Shown here piece by piece: positions 47,753 through 57,874 of a stretch of DNA of 64,000 bases (positions are counted from its first letter, which is position 1; the number at the start of each line of letters is the position of its first letter). The DNA is from Alphaproteobacteria bacterium (lineage in GTDB: Bacteria; Pseudomonadota; Alphaproteobacteria; GCA-2731375). The position numbers and the translations under genes were made by a program. Under the pieces are notes generated by a model. It was not told where the DNA came from and made no database searches. It was given only the letters and a program-made list of their open reading frames with translations. The stretch covers positions 395 to 64,394 of the forward strand of contig JAVKFY010000053.1 of the NCBI GenBank assembly GCA_040223615.1. Direction: 5' to 3'.

Positions 47753-48994
47753 GTGAACCTGTCACCGATTGGCCCTACACTGCGACGCCATGATCCCCCA
47801 GATGCTTGGTGCAGAGCGTCCGTGAAGCGTCCACCGTTGTTGTTGCTGGTGCTGGTGTCGACCGTGGCGCCGGTGTCGATGAACATGTTCCTGCCGTCGA
47901 TGCCGGGCATGGTCCGCGCGCTCGACACCGAGCTGCATTCGGTGCAGCTCGCGCTCAGCCTGTTCATTGCTGGCCTGGCCGTCGGCCAGCTGATCTACGG
48001 CCCGCTCTCCGACCGCTTCGGTCGCCGGCCCACCCTGCTCGCCGGGCTGGCGCTTTTCGTCGCCGCCAGCGCGTGTTCGGCGCTGGCGCCGACCATCGAC
48101 CTGCTGATCGTCGCGCGCGTGGCCCAGGCGATGGGCGGCTGCGCCGGCATGGTGCTGACCCGCGCCATCGTGCGCGACGTGTTCCCGCGCGACCGGGCCG
48201 CCGCCGCGCTCGGGTACGTCACCATGGGCATGGCGGTCGGGCCGATGCTGGCGCCGTCGATCGGCGGCCAGCTCGACCTGTGGTTCGGCTGGCGCGGCGG
48301 CTTCGTCTTCGTCACCGTCTTCGGCGCCCTGCTCCTGCTGGCCTCATGGCCATGGCTGCACGAGACCAACCCGGGCCGCAACCGGGCGCCGCTGCTGATG
48401 TCGCTGGTCGGCGGCTATCGGCGCCTGCTCGGCTCGCGGGTGTTCCTGGCCAACCTGTGCGCCTTCGCCTTCACCAGCGGCTGCTTCTTCATCTTCGCCA
48501 GCGCCGCGCCCTATCTGGTGGTCGAGACCCTGGGCGGCAGCCCGCGCGACTACGGCCTGTTCTTCATCTGCCTGCCGACCGGCTACATGACCGGCTCGTT
48601 CATCGTCGCCCGGCTGGCCACCCGGTTCGGCAGCGAGCGCATGCTGCTGTTCGGGCTGGCGATCACGGTCAGCGGCGTGGCGTTGCTGGCCGCGGTCAAC
48701 GTGAGCCTGCCGCTCAGCCTGCCGGTGCTGTTCGGGCCGATGCTGCTGGTCACCATGGGCAACGGCATCACCATGCCGAACGCGATTGCCGGTGGCGTCT
48801 CGGTGGCGCCGGAACTGGCCGGCACCGCCTCGGGCCTGATCGGCTTCTGCCAGATGGCCCTGGCCGGATTGCTCACCTTGCTGGTCGGCGCGCTACACGA
48901 CGGCACGCCGTGGCCGCTGGTCGGCCTGATGGCGGCGGTGGTCTCGGTTGCCATCGTCGCCGGCGCCGTGGTGTGGAAATCGCGCGCGACCTAG
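47753..48994 (+). CDS. MFS transporter, Bcr/CflA drug-resistance subfamily
   Basis: 12-TM pattern. MFS motif LSDRFGRRPTLL. Bcr-like N-terminus. Confidence 0.8.
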   Translation: MNLSPIGPTLRRHDPPDAWCRASVKRPPLLLLVLVSTVAPVSMNMFLPSMPGMVRALDTELHSVQLALSLFIAGLAVGQLIYGPLSDRFGRRPTLLAGLALFVAASACSALAPTIDLLIVARVAQAMGGCAGMVLTRAIVRDVFPRDRAAAALGYVTMGMAVGPMLAPSIGGQLDLWFGWRGGFVFVTVFGALLLLASWPWLHETNPGRNRAPLLMSLVGGYRRLLGSRVFLANLCAFAFTSGCFFIFASAAPYLVVETLGGSPRDYGLFFICLPTGYMTGSFIVARLATRFGSERMLLFGLAITVSGVALLAAVNVSLPLSLPVLFGPMLLVTMGNGITMPNAIAGGVSVAPELAGTASGLIGFCQMALAGLLTLLVGALHDGTPWPLVGLMAAVVSVAIVAGAVVWKSRAT

Positions 48995-50682
48995 CTGGCG
49001 GCCAGCATCTCCTCGCGCACCGTCGGCTTCATGATCTTGCCGTTGGCGTTGCGCGGCAGCGGTGTGTCGCGAACGTCGATGCGCACCGGAATCTTGAACG
49101 CCGCCAGCTTGCCTTTCAGGTAGGCCTGTAGCTCCGCCTGGTTCAGCGCCGCGCCGGGCGCGACCTGCACCGCCGCGCCGACTTCCTCGCCCAGCACCCG
49201 GTGCGGCAGGCCGACCACGGTCGCGTCCATCACCGCCGGGTGGCTGTAGAGCGCGTTCTCGACCTCGGAACAGTAGACATTCTCGCCGCCGCGGATCAGC
49301 ACGTCCTTCACCCGGTCGACGATATAGATGAAGCCCTCGTCGTCGAGCCGCGCCAGGTCGCCGGAGCGCAGCCAGCCGTCGACGAAGCTGGCGGCCGTTT
49401 CCGCCGGCTTGTTCCAGTACCCTTGCACGATGTTGGGTCCGTAGATCAGCAGTTCGCCGACCGCGCCGACCGGCAACGTCTCGCCGGCCTCGCCGATCAC
49501 CCGTACGTCGCAAACCGGCACCGCCGGCCCGCAACTGTCGGGGTGGTCGACATAATCCTCCGCCGAGATTTGCGTCGTCACCGACGACGTCTCGGTCAGG
49601 CCGTAGCCCTGTCCCGGCTGGCCCTGCGGGAAGCCCTGGCGCAGCCGCTTCACCAGCTCCGGCGCCGACGGCGCGCCGCCATAGCCGATGGAGAGGATCG
49701 ACGAGGTGTCGCGCTTGGCGAAATCCGGCGACTCCAGCACCTGCCACGCCATGCCGGGCACGCCGCCGAAGGCCGTGACCCGCTCGCGCTCGATCAGTTC
49801 CAGCGCCTGTTCCGGGTTCCAGCGGTACATCAGCACGAGCTTTCCGCCGCCGATCATCGTCGGCAGCAGCGTGGAGTGGCAGCCGGTGACGTGGAAGAAC
49901 GGCACCGACAGCAGCACGCAGCCCTTCGGTGGCGCCGGCCCGCCCAGCGCCGCCGGCACCCGGCCGTGGCGCAGGTCGGTGCGCGCCCGGCCGAAAGCCA
50001 GCGAGTGCGCGTTGGTGGCGATGTTGCGATGCGTGCCGAGCGCACCCTTGGGAAACCCGGTGGTGCCGGAGGTGTAGAAGATCGTCGCCGGATCGTCCGG
50101 GTCGATCGCGACGTCGGGCAGCCCCGCCTCGCCTTCGGTGAGCTCGGCGAACCGCACCGTGCCCTCCGGATGCACCGCAGTTCCGACCAGGATCACGGTT
50201 TCAAGGTCCGTCAGCTCCGACCGGCGCGGCCGCGCCCGTTCCCAGCGCTGGGCATCGGCGATCAACACCTTCGCGCCGGAGTCCGCCAGCCCGTAGTGCA
50301 GCTCCGGCCCGGTCCACCAGCCGTTCAGCGGCACCGCGACGGCGCCGATGGCAGTGGCCGCGAAGAAACTGACCGGCCACTCGGGAAGGTTGCGCATCGC
50401 GATGGCGACGCGATCGCCCTTGGCCACGCCGAACTGACCTTGCAGTGCCGCCGCCAGCGCGTTCACCCGGCGCCGGAACTCGCCGTAGCTGACACGCTCG
50501 TCCTGATAGACGATGAACTCGTCGTCGCCGAACGCCTCGGCCGCCAGCAACGGTTCGCGCAGGTTCGATGCCGCGTACTTCCACAGCCGCATGCGGCGCC
50601 CGAGCGCCTCGCCCTCGACCATCTCGAACGGCGCGCCCGGCGCGGTCAGCCGCGCCGTCGTCTCCGCCAGGCTCAGCGGCAT
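48991..50682 (-). CDS. AMP-dependent synthetase/ligase (acyl-CoA synthetase)
   Basis: AMP-binding motif IFYTSGTTGFPKGA. C-terminal ...GYGLTETS... and ...RNANGKIMK. Confidence 0.85.
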   Translation of the reverse strand: MPLSLAETTARLTAPGAPFEMVEGEALGRRMRLWKYAASNLREPLLAAEAFGDDEFIVYQDERVSYGEFRRRVNALAAALQGQFGVAKGDRVAIAMRNLPEWPVSFFAATAIGAVAVPLNGWWTGPELHYGLADSGAKVLIADAQRWERARPRRSELTDLETVILVGTAVHPEGTVRFAELTEGEAGLPDVAIDPDDPATIFYTSGTTGFPKGALGTHRNIATNAHSLAFGRARTDLRHGRVPAALGGPAPPKGCVLLSVPFFHVTGCHSTLLPTMIGGGKLVLMYRWNPEQALELIERERVTAFGGVPGMAWQVLESPDFAKRDTSSILSIGYGGAPSAPELVKRLRQGFPQGQPGQGYGLTETSSVTTQISAEDYVDHPDSCGPAVPVCDVRVIGEAGETLPVGAVGELLIYGPNIVQGYWNKPAETAASFVDGWLRSGDLARLDDEGFIYIVDRVKDVLIRGGENVYCSEVENALYSHPAVMDATVVGLPHRVLGEEVGAAVQVAPGAALNQAELQAYLKGKLAAFKIPVRIDVRDTPLPRNANGKIMKPTVREEMLAAS

Positions 50683-50692
50683 GGACGAAGGA

Positions 50693-51301
50693 TCAGGCCT
50701 TGGCGCTCGGCCGGCCGGACACGTCGGCGTGCCAGCGCGCCAGGTTCTTGTGCTGCTCGCCGATGCGCAGCTTGATGACGCGGGCGAAATCCACGGTGAT
50801 CAGCGCGCTGATGTCGGCAATGGAGAAGTAGTCGCCGACGAAATACTTGCTGTCGCCGAGCGAGGCATCGAGGAAATCGAACATTTCCGGCGCCCGACGC
50901 TGGTTCACCTCGGCCCAGCCGGCGACCTGCTCCTCTCTCTCCGCCATGCCCGGATTGCCGTGCCGGAAAGCCGCCGCGACGGCATTGTAGACGTTGAGCT
51001 CGACGCGCCGGTTCCACATCTCGACCAGCGCCTTTTCCTTCGGGTCGCGCCCGAACAGCGGCGGCTCGGGCTGCGTCTCCTCGAAATAGCGGCAGATCGC
51101 CATCGACTCGGAGATGCAGGTGCCGTCGTCCAGTTCCAGCACCGGCACCCGCATCAGCGGGTTCAATTTCACGAACGCGTCGGACTTGTGCGCCATGTTG
51201 CCCAGGTCGACCTGCTCCATGGGCACCTCGATGCCCTTCTCGGCCAGGTAGATGCGTACGCGGCGCGGGTTCGGGGCCATCGTCGTGTCGTAAAGCTTCA
51301 T
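50693..51301 (-). CDS. Glutathione S-transferase
   Basis: MKLYDTTMAPNPRRVRIYLAEKGIEVP...RVPVLELDDGTCISESMAICRYF is a GST N-domain. Confidence 0.85.
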   Translation of the reverse strand: MKLYDTTMAPNPRRVRIYLAEKGIEVPMEQVDLGNMAHKSDAFVKLNPLMRVPVLELDDGTCISESMAICRYFEETQPEPPLFGRDPKEKALVEMWNRRVELNVYNAVAAAFRHGNPGMAEREEQVAGWAEVNQRRAPEMFDFLDASLGDSKYFVGDYFSIADISALITVDFARVIKLRIGEQHKNLARWHADVSGRPSAKA

Positions 51302-51338
51302 TGCGATCCTCCCATTTGCAGGGAGCATAGAGTGGGCG

Positions 51339-51635
51339 CTAGTTCCGACGCCAGAGGGCACAGACGACCGCCGCGAGCGCGGCGGGTATGCTGGCGACCA
51401 GCCACGCCGGCCATTGCAGCAGGGTCACGATCGCCGGGTCCCACAGCCACGGTGCCAGGTAGCGCTGCGTGACCGCCTGCACCAGGTTCAGGCTCTCCAC
51501 GTCCAGGCGAAACCACAGCTCGCCGGCGCTGGCCGCGCCGCTCGCGAACGCCGAGACCGGCAACACCGCCAGCAGCAACGGCACCAGCCAGCAGCGGCCG
51601 GGACGAACGAAGCGCGGCAAGGTCATGGCTGTCAT
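51339..51635 (-). CDS. Hypothetical small membrane protein
   Basis: 98 aa with two hydrophobic segments. Weak call. Confidence 0.3.
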   Translation of the reverse strand: MTAMTLPRFVRPGRCWLVPLLLAVLPVSAFASGAASAGELWFRLDVESLNLVQAVTQRYLAPWLWDPAIVTLLQWPAWLVASIPAALAAVVCALWRRN

Positions 51636-51728
51636 GGCAAATTCCTTCCATGACAGAGATGGGCATCACTCGCCTTCACGGCCAATCACCACTATGTCAG
51701 GAACAGCGGCCGGCCCGGAGGACCCCAC

Positions 51729-52574
51729 GTGACGCGCTTCGCCCTTGTTTTCGCCGTCGTGGCGAGCCTGACACTGACCGCCTGCTCGCCATTCGACGTG
51801 CTGAACGCGACCTCGTCGGAAGACGGCTACGTGAAGACCGAAGCCGTGGCCTACGGCGCGGGCGAGCGTCGGAAACTCGACATCTACCGCCCGGCCGGCG
51901 CCGAAGGCGCGTTGAAGACCGTGGTGTTCTTTTACGGCGGCTCGTGGAAATGGGGCAGCCGCGACGACTATGCCTTCGCGGCGGAGGCGCTGGCCTCGAA
52001 GGGCTGGCTGGTGGTGGTGCCGGACTACCGGCTCTATCCCGAGGTGCGCTTCCCCGGCTTCATCGAGGACGGCGCCCGGGCCGTGGCCTGGGTCAAGTCG
52101 AACATCGCCGACTACGGAGGCGACCCGGACCAGCTCTATCTGATGGGCCACTCAGCCGGCGGGCACATTGCGCTGATGCTGACGCTGGACGAACACTTCC
52201 TGGCCGACGCCGGCATGTCGACCAGGGACATCCGCGCCACCGCGACCCTGGCCGCGCCGGCGGCGTTCGATCCGCTGAAGTACAAGAGCGTCCGCGCGGT
52301 CTTCGAACAGATGCCCGACCCGAACCAGGCACGGCCGATCGAGTTCGTCGATGGGTCGGAACCGCCGCTGTTGTTGCTGCACGGCCTGGACGACGACACC
52401 GTGTTCCCGTCGAATTCCGAGAACCTGACCGCCGCCGTGCAGGCCGCCGGCGGCGAGGTTCGCTACGTCACCTACCCGGAAAAAGGCCACATCGGCCTGG
52501 TCCTGGCACTGTCGTCGGTGCTGCGCGACGACGCCGTCCTGGACGAGATCGCCGCGTTCATCGCCGCGCACTAG
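51729..52574 (+). CDS. Alpha/beta-hydrolase (esterase/lipase, HGG-type) lipoprotein
   Basis: Lipobox LTLTAC. VVFFYGGSW is the oxyanion-hole HGG-like motif. GHSAGG is the nucleophile elbow. Confidence 0.8.
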   Translation: MTRFALVFAVVASLTLTACSPFDVLNATSSEDGYVKTEAVAYGAGERRKLDIYRPAGAEGALKTVVFFYGGSWKWGSRDDYAFAAEALASKGWLVVVPDYRLYPEVRFPGFIEDGARAVAWVKSNIADYGGDPDQLYLMGHSAGGHIALMLTLDEHFLADAGMSTRDIRATATLAAPAAFDPLKYKSVRAVFEQMPDPNQARPIEFVDGSEPPLLLLHGLDDDTVFPSNSENLTAAVQAAGGEVRYVTYPEKGHIGLVLALSSVLRDDAVLDEIAAFIAAH

Positions 52575-52580
52575 CGCCGA

Positions 52581-53522
52581 TCAGGCCTGCAGCAATTCCT
52601 TCTTCAGCACGCAGTGCACGCCCTTGTTGCCGTTGACGAGTTGGGTGATGCGCATGTCGGCGGCCAGCGAGCACAGCGTATAGGCGTCCTCGCGGCTCAG
52701 GTTGGTGCGGCTCGTGATCAGCACGATCATCTCGCGCAGCGCCTGTTTCGCGGCATCGTCGAGGTCCTCGTCGATGCCCATGGTGATGTAGTCGCCCGTC
52801 GTCTCCGCGCGTGGCCAGCTCTGCCCGGTGGCCTTGTGCAGGTGGAACTCGAAGGTGCCGGACAGGCAGCATTCGATGGCCGTGACGCAGACCTCGCCGT
52901 CGCCCTGCACCGCGTGGCCGTCGCCGGCGGAAAACAGCGCGCCCGGCACAAACACCGGCAGGAACAGGGTCGACCCGGCGTGCAGCTCCTTGTTGTCCAG
53001 GTTGCCGCCGAAGGCGCGCGGCTGGATCGACGAACACACGCCCCAGTTCGGCGGCGGCGCCACGCCCATCACCCCGAAGAAGGGCTTGAGCGGCAGGTCC
53101 AGCCCCCACGGCAGCTTGCCGACATTCCGGTCGCGGTCGATCGGGATCACGATCTTGCGCATCTCGTCGAAGTCGTGCGGCAGCGCGCCGGACAGCGGCC
53201 GGATCATGTTCCAGCCCCAGTCGACCGGGAACGACACGTCGATGATGCGCACCTCCAGCGTGTCGCCGGGCTCGGCGCCCTCGATCGCCACAGGACCGGT
53301 CAGCGTGTGGCCAGGGATCATCCGCTTGGTCACCTTGGCCAGGATCTCGCGGTGCGCGTGCAGCACTTCGAAGCCGTCGGCCGGCGTGATGCCCTCGTCG
53401 CCGGATACCGTCGTCAGCCGCACCCGCTCGCCCGGCTTCACGGTCACCGCCGGTGCCAGGTCCGGCGCGAAGTAGCCCCAGTGCACGGTTTCGGGTGACG
53501 CGTTCAGGTCATGTGTCGTCAT
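52581..53522 (-). CDS. Acetamidase/formamidase family protein (FmdA_AmdA)
   Basis: MTTHDLNASPETVHWGYF... and ...GGNLDNKELHAGSTLFLPV... match the family. The ORF track adds a spurious N-terminal extension. Confidence 0.8.
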   Translation of the reverse strand: MTTHDLNASPETVHWGYFAPDLAPAVTVKPGERVRLTTVSGDEGITPADGFEVLHAHREILAKVTKRMIPGHTLTGPVAIEGAEPGDTLEVRIIDVSFPVDWGWNMIRPLSGALPHDFDEMRKIVIPIDRDRNVGKLPWGLDLPLKPFFGVMGVAPPPNWGVCSSIQPRAFGGNLDNKELHAGSTLFLPVFVPGALFSAGDGHAVQGDGEVCVTAIECCLSGTFEFHLHKATGQSWPRAETTGDYITMGIDEDLDDAAKQALREMIVLITSRTNLSREDAYTLCSLAADMRITQLVNGNKGVHCVLKKELLQA

Positions 53523-53652
53523 CGGTGCCCTCCGCCCGGTGCTGCAATGCAAAAATGTAGCCCGGATGCAGCGCCAGCGTAATCCACGAAAGTCGTTCGG
53601 GTGCCACCATCGTCCCGGATTGCGCTTGGCTTCATCCGGGCTACGGTGCGCC

Positions 53653-54366
53653 ATGGGAACCCGCCTGCCCGGCCTGGACGTGCTGCGCGGCATCGCGATC
53701 ATCGCGATGGCCGCCTATCACTTCTCGTGGGATCTGGACATCGTCGGTCTGGCCGAGGTGCCGCTGTTGACGCATCCTTTCTGGCTGGCGGCACGCGCGG
53801 TGATCCTGTCGAGCTTCCTGGTGCTGGTCGGGGTCGGCCAGGCGCTGGCCCATCGCGCCGGCCAACCGCCGAAACGCGCCGGCTGGCGGCTGGCCAAGAT
53901 CGCCAGCGCGGCGGCGCTGGTCAGCCTCGGCAGCTATCTCGCCTTCCCCGGGGCCTGGATCTTCTTCGGCGTGCTGCACCACATCGCCGTCGCCAGCCTG
54001 CTCTGCATGGCGCTGGTCCGGCTGCCCAGATGGGCATTGCTCGCGCTGGCCGCAAGCTGTTTGGCGCTGCCGCTGGTGGTGAGCTCACCGGTGTTCGCGC
54101 AAGCTTGGTTGCTATGGGCCGGGCTGGCGCCGTGGCCGCCGGTGACCAACGACTACGTGCCGCTGTTTCCGTGGTTCGGCGTCGTGCTGCTCGGGCTGGC
54201 ATGGCCGGAGCCTGTCGTCGCGCTGGCCGCCCGCCTGGATGTCAGCCGCGCGCTGGCCTGGGCCGGCCGCCACGCACTGCCGATCTATCTCCTGCACCAG
54301 CCGGTGCTGCTCGGCCTTCTCGGCCTCTATGCCTGGGCCACCGGTCGGGGCGTGCCGTTGTGGTGA
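53653..54366 (+). CDS. DUF1624/heparan-alpha-glucosaminide N-acetyltransferase-like membrane protein
   Basis: ...LPGLDVLRGIAIIAMAAYHFSWD... is a typical DUF1624 start. Polytopic. Confidence 0.6.
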   Translation: MGTRLPGLDVLRGIAIIAMAAYHFSWDLDIVGLAEVPLLTHPFWLAARAVILSSFLVLVGVGQALAHRAGQPPKRAGWRLAKIASAAALVSLGSYLAFPGAWIFFGVLHHIAVASLLCMALVRLPRWALLALAASCLALPLVVSSPVFAQAWLLWAGLAPWPPVTNDYVPLFPWFGVVLLGLAWPEPVVALAARLDVSRALAWAGRHALPIYLLHQPVLLGLLGLYAWATGRGVPLW

Positions 54367-54411
54367 GAGATTTGCTATGATCGACGCAACAGTTCCAAGG
54401 GAGATTGCCCG

Positions 54412-55365
54412 ATGAAGTCCGGAATCGATATCGAAGTCCGCGAAGTCGGCATGCGCGACGGCCTGCAGATCATCCCGACCTTCTTCGCCACTGAGGGCAA
54501 GAAGGCCTGGATCGAGGCGGAGGCCGCCGCCGGCGTGCCGGAGATCGAGGTCTGCTCCTTCGTGCCGCCGAAGGTCTCCGCGCAGTTCGTCGACCACGCC
54601 GAGATCATCCCGGTCGCCCTGGCGCAGCCGGGCCTGGAGGTCTCCGCCCTGGTGCCGAACCTGAAGGGCGCCGAGCGCGGCTTCCAGATGGGCGTGCACA
54701 AGATGAACTTCGTGCTCAGCGCGTCGGAGAGCCACAACATGGCCAACGTGCGCTGCACCACCGACGAGTCCCTGGAACGCCTGCGCCAGATCATGGAGCT
54801 GCGCGACTCCAGCCCCGAGAACAAGAAGGTGCGCATCGGTTCCGGCATCTCCACCGCGCTGGGCTGCACCATCGAGGGCCGGGTCGAACCGAAGCAGGTC
54901 TACCGCATCGCCGAAGCCATGCTGGCGATGGGCGTCGACGAGATCGCGGTGGCCGACACCGTCGGCTACGCCAACCCGAACCTGGTGCGCGAGGTCTTCA
55001 CCGAGATGATGAAGATCTGCGGCGACGTGCCGGTCGCCTCGCACTTCCACGACACCCGCGGGCTTGGCCTGGCCAACGTGCTGGCGGCGCTGGAGACCGG
55101 CTGCCGGCGCTTCGACGCCTCGCTGGCGGGCCTGGGCGGCTGTCCCTTCGCGCCGGGCGCCACCGGGAACGTGGTGATGGACGACATGGTGTTCCTGTTC
55201 GAGTCGATGGGCCTGAAGACCGGCGTCGACCTGGAAAAGCTGGTCGCCGTGCGCCAGATCATTGCCGACAACCTACCCGAGGAGTCGCTGCACGGCGGGG
55301 TGGCCCAGGCCGGCCTGCCCAAGGGCTACCGGCCGGCCAGCGCGATGATGCAGGCGGCGGAGTAG
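54412..55365 (+). CDS. Hydroxymethylglutaryl-CoA lyase family
   Basis: IEVREVGMRDGLQ... matches the HMGL-like TIM-barrel. C-terminal ...GGCPFAPGATGNV... also fits. Confidence 0.85.
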   Translation: MKSGIDIEVREVGMRDGLQIIPTFFATEGKKAWIEAEAAAGVPEIEVCSFVPPKVSAQFVDHAEIIPVALAQPGLEVSALVPNLKGAERGFQMGVHKMNFVLSASESHNMANVRCTTDESLERLRQIMELRDSSPENKKVRIGSGISTALGCTIEGRVEPKQVYRIAEAMLAMGVDEIAVADTVGYANPNLVREVFTEMMKICGDVPVASHFHDTRGLGLANVLAALETGCRRFDASLAGLGGCPFAPGATGNVVMDDMVFLFESMGLKTGVDLEKLVAVRQIIADNLPEESLHGGVAQAGLPKGYRPASAMMQAAE

Positions 55366-55384
55366 CGATACACCAATCGTCGCC

Positions 55385-55460
55385 CCGGACTTGATCCGGG
55401 GTCCATGTCGATGACGAGCGTGAGGTCGACATGGATGCCGGCTCAAGGCCGGCATGACGA
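55385..55460. repeat. Two REP-like palindromic units (CCCCGGACTTGATCCGGGG, and a 34-nt unit identical to the reverse complement of 28628-28661)
   Basis: Perfect hairpins lie in the convergent intergenic region between the HMG-CoA lyase and dehydratase genes. They are likely a bidirectional terminator or REP. Confidence 0.6.
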
Positions 55461-55480
55461 CTGCGGTGTTTTTCGTTTCC

Positions 55481-57295
55481 TCAGTGGTTGTTCCGCGGCG
55501 TGCTCTTGTGGGCGACGTCGCGATACTTCACCGCGGTTTCCAGCACCATGCCGTCGGCCATCTGGCCGATCAGGCCGCGCTGGATCTCCTGCCACGGGGT
55601 CTGGCTCTGCGGCACGTATTTCAGACCGCCGTTGGCCAGCTTCTTGGCGATCGCCTTCTTTCGCTTGGCCAGCTCGGCCTTGCTGATCAGGATGTCGGCG
55701 GTGCGCTTGTTCAGGTCGATGCGGACCTTGTCGCCGGTCTTCAGCAACGCCAGCCCGCCGCCGACCGCCGCCTCCGGCGAGGCGTTCAGGATCGACGGCG
55801 AGCCGGACGTGCCGGACTGCCGCCCGTCGCCGATGCACGGCAGCGAGGTGATGCCCTTCTTCAGCAGCGCCTTCGGCGGGTCCATGTTGACGATCTCGGC
55901 CGCGCCCGGATAGCCGACCGGCCCGGCGCCGCGGATGAACAGCAGCGTGTGCGCGTCGATCTTCAGCTTCGGGTCGTCGATCCGCGCGTGATAGTCCTCG
56001 CGGCCGTCGAACACCACCGCCCGGCCCTCGAACGCGTTCAGGTCCTTCGGGTTGGACAGGAAACGCTCGCGGAAGTCGGCCGAGATCACAGATGTCTTCA
56101 TGATCGCCGAGTCGAACAGATTGCCCTTCAGGTTGAGGAACCCGGCGGCGTCCAGGATCGGCTCCTTCCAGCTCCTCACCACCTCGCGGTCGCCGGTGAA
56201 CTGGCCCTTGCAGTTCTGGCCGATGGACTTGCCGTTCACCGTCTTCGCGTTCGGGTTCGGCAGCAGCTTGGCGTCGATCAGCTCGGCGACCACCGCCGGC
56301 ACGCTGCCGGCGCGGTGGAAGTCCTCGCCCAGGAAACGGCCGGCCGGCTGCATGTCGACCATCAACGGGATCTTGTGACCGATCTTCTCCCAGTCATTGT
56401 TGTTCAGCTTCACGCCGAGATGACGCGCGACGGCATTGAGATGGATCGGCGCGTTGGTCGAGCCGCCGATCGCCGAACACACCACGATGGCGTTCTCGAA
56501 CGCCTCGCGGGTCATGATATCGGTCGGCTTCAGGTCCTCCCAGACCATCTCCACGATGCGCTTGCCGGACAGGTAGGCCATCTGCCCGCGCTCCTTGGGC
56601 ACGGCCGGGATCGCCGCCGAGCCGGGCAGCATCATGCCCAGGGCTTCCGCCAGCGAATTCATCGTCGTCGCCGTGCCCATGGTGTTGCAGAAGCCGGGCG
56701 AGGGCGCCGATGAGGCGACCAGTTCGACATATTCCGGCCAGTCGATCTGGCCGGCCGAGAGCTGTCGCTTGGCCTCCCACTTGATCGTGCCCGAGCCCGT
56801 CCGCCGGCCCTTGTACCAGCCGTTCAGCATCGGTCCGACCGACAGCGCGATGGCCGGGATGTTCACCGTGGCGGCGGCCATGAGCTGCGACGGCGTGGTC
56901 TTGTCGCAGCCGGTAGTCAGCACGACACCATCCAGCGGATAGCCGAACAGCGTCTCGACCAGGCCGAGATAGGCCAGGTTGCGGTCCAGCGCCGCGGTCG
57001 GTCGCTTGCCGGTCTCCTGGATCGGGTGCACCGGGAATTCGAAGGCGATGCCGCCGGCCTCGCGGATACCCTCGCGCACGCGCTTGGCCAGTTCGAGGTG
57101 CTGGCGGTTGCAGGGCGAGAGGTCGTTGCCGGACTGCGCGATGCCGATGATCGGCTTGCCGGACTGCAACTCCTCGCGGGTCAGGCCCCAGTTCATGTAG
57201 CGCTCGATGTACAGCGCGGTCATGTCCTGGTCGTCCGGATTGGCGAACCAGAGTTGCGAACGCAGCTTCGCTTTCTTCGACTTGTTGGCGGCCAT
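55481..57295 (-). CDS. Dihydroxy-acid dehydratase family (IlvD/EDD; possibly sugar-acid dehydratase)
   Basis: ...[19 protein letters not shown]... (Cys ligand) and ...TDGRFSGGS-like ...[18 protein letters not shown]... in the C-terminus. Length 604 aa. Confidence 0.85.
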   Translation of the reverse strand: MAANKSKKAKLRSQLWFANPDDQDMTALYIERYMNWGLTREELQSGKPIIGIAQSGNDLSPCNRQHLELAKRVREGIREAGGIAFEFPVHPIQETGKRPTAALDRNLAYLGLVETLFGYPLDGVVLTTGCDKTTPSQLMAAATVNIPAIALSVGPMLNGWYKGRRTGSGTIKWEAKRQLSAGQIDWPEYVELVASSAPSPGFCNTMGTATTMNSLAEALGMMLPGSAAIPAVPKERGQMAYLSGKRIVEMVWEDLKPTDIMTREAFENAIVVCSAIGGSTNAPIHLNAVARHLGVKLNNNDWEKIGHKIPLMVDMQPAGRFLGEDFHRAGSVPAVVAELIDAKLLPNPNAKTVNGKSIGQNCKGQFTGDREVVRSWKEPILDAAGFLNLKGNLFDSAIMKTSVISADFRERFLSNPKDLNAFEGRAVVFDGREDYHARIDDPKLKIDAHTLLFIRGAGPVGYPGAAEIVNMDPPKALLKKGITSLPCIGDGRQSGTSGSPSILNASPEAAVGGGLALLKTGDKVRIDLNKRTADILISKAELAKRKKAIAKKLANGGLKYVPQSQTPWQEIQRGLIGQMADGMVLETAVKYRDVAHKSTPRNNH

Positions 57296-57367
57296 GGGTT
57301 CCCTCGCTCCCTGAATCTACGTGTTGGCGCGATCATCACATTCGCCGGGGCCGGCGCGCCAGCCCCG

Positions 57368-57874
57368 TCAGACGCGCAGCACCATGGCGCAGCGCCACGA
57401 CCGGTCGTGGCCGCGCGATATCTCGTCGTCGAGATGCGCCCGCAACGCCGCCGGCACCTCGTCATCGTCCAGCAGCATGAAGCCGTAGCGTTCGTAGAAC
57501 GGCCGGTTCCAGGCAATCGTGCGGTCGGTGGTCAGGCTGACGCCGGCCAGACCGCGTCGCCGCGCTTCCGCCACCACCGCGTCGAGCAGCGCCCGGCCGT
57601 GGCCTCGGCCCTGGTGGTCGAGCGCGACATCGAGCTCGTGGATGTAGAGGTAGCCGCCCTCTTCCGACGTGGCGGCGAAACCGATGGCCGTGTCGGCGGC
57701 GTCGGTCGCGACCCAGAGATTGCCGGCCTCGATCATCGGCTCCAGGTCGTGGCCACCGCCGGACTCGGTGTCGAGCATGGGTTCGATGTGCGTGCCGAGA
57801 AAACGCCGTCCCGCGTCGTCCTCGATCGCCGGGATCAGCACCGCCTCGTCGCGCCGTGCCAGCCTCACGGCCAT
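57368..57874 (-). CDS. GNAT-family N-acetyltransferase
   Basis: ...HELDVALDHQGRGHGRALLDAVV... is the acetyl-CoA binding motif (Q/RxxGxG/A). The ORF-track N-terminal extension overlaps the GDPD gene. Confidence 0.7.
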   Translation of the reverse strand: MAVRLARRDEAVLIPAIEDDAGRRFLGTHIEPMLDTESGGGHDLEPMIEAGNLWVATDAADTAIGFAATSEEGGYLYIHELDVALDHQGRGHGRALLDAVVAEARRRGLAGVSLTTDRTIAWNRPFYERYGFMLLDDDEVPAALRAHLDDEISRGHDRSWRCAMVLRV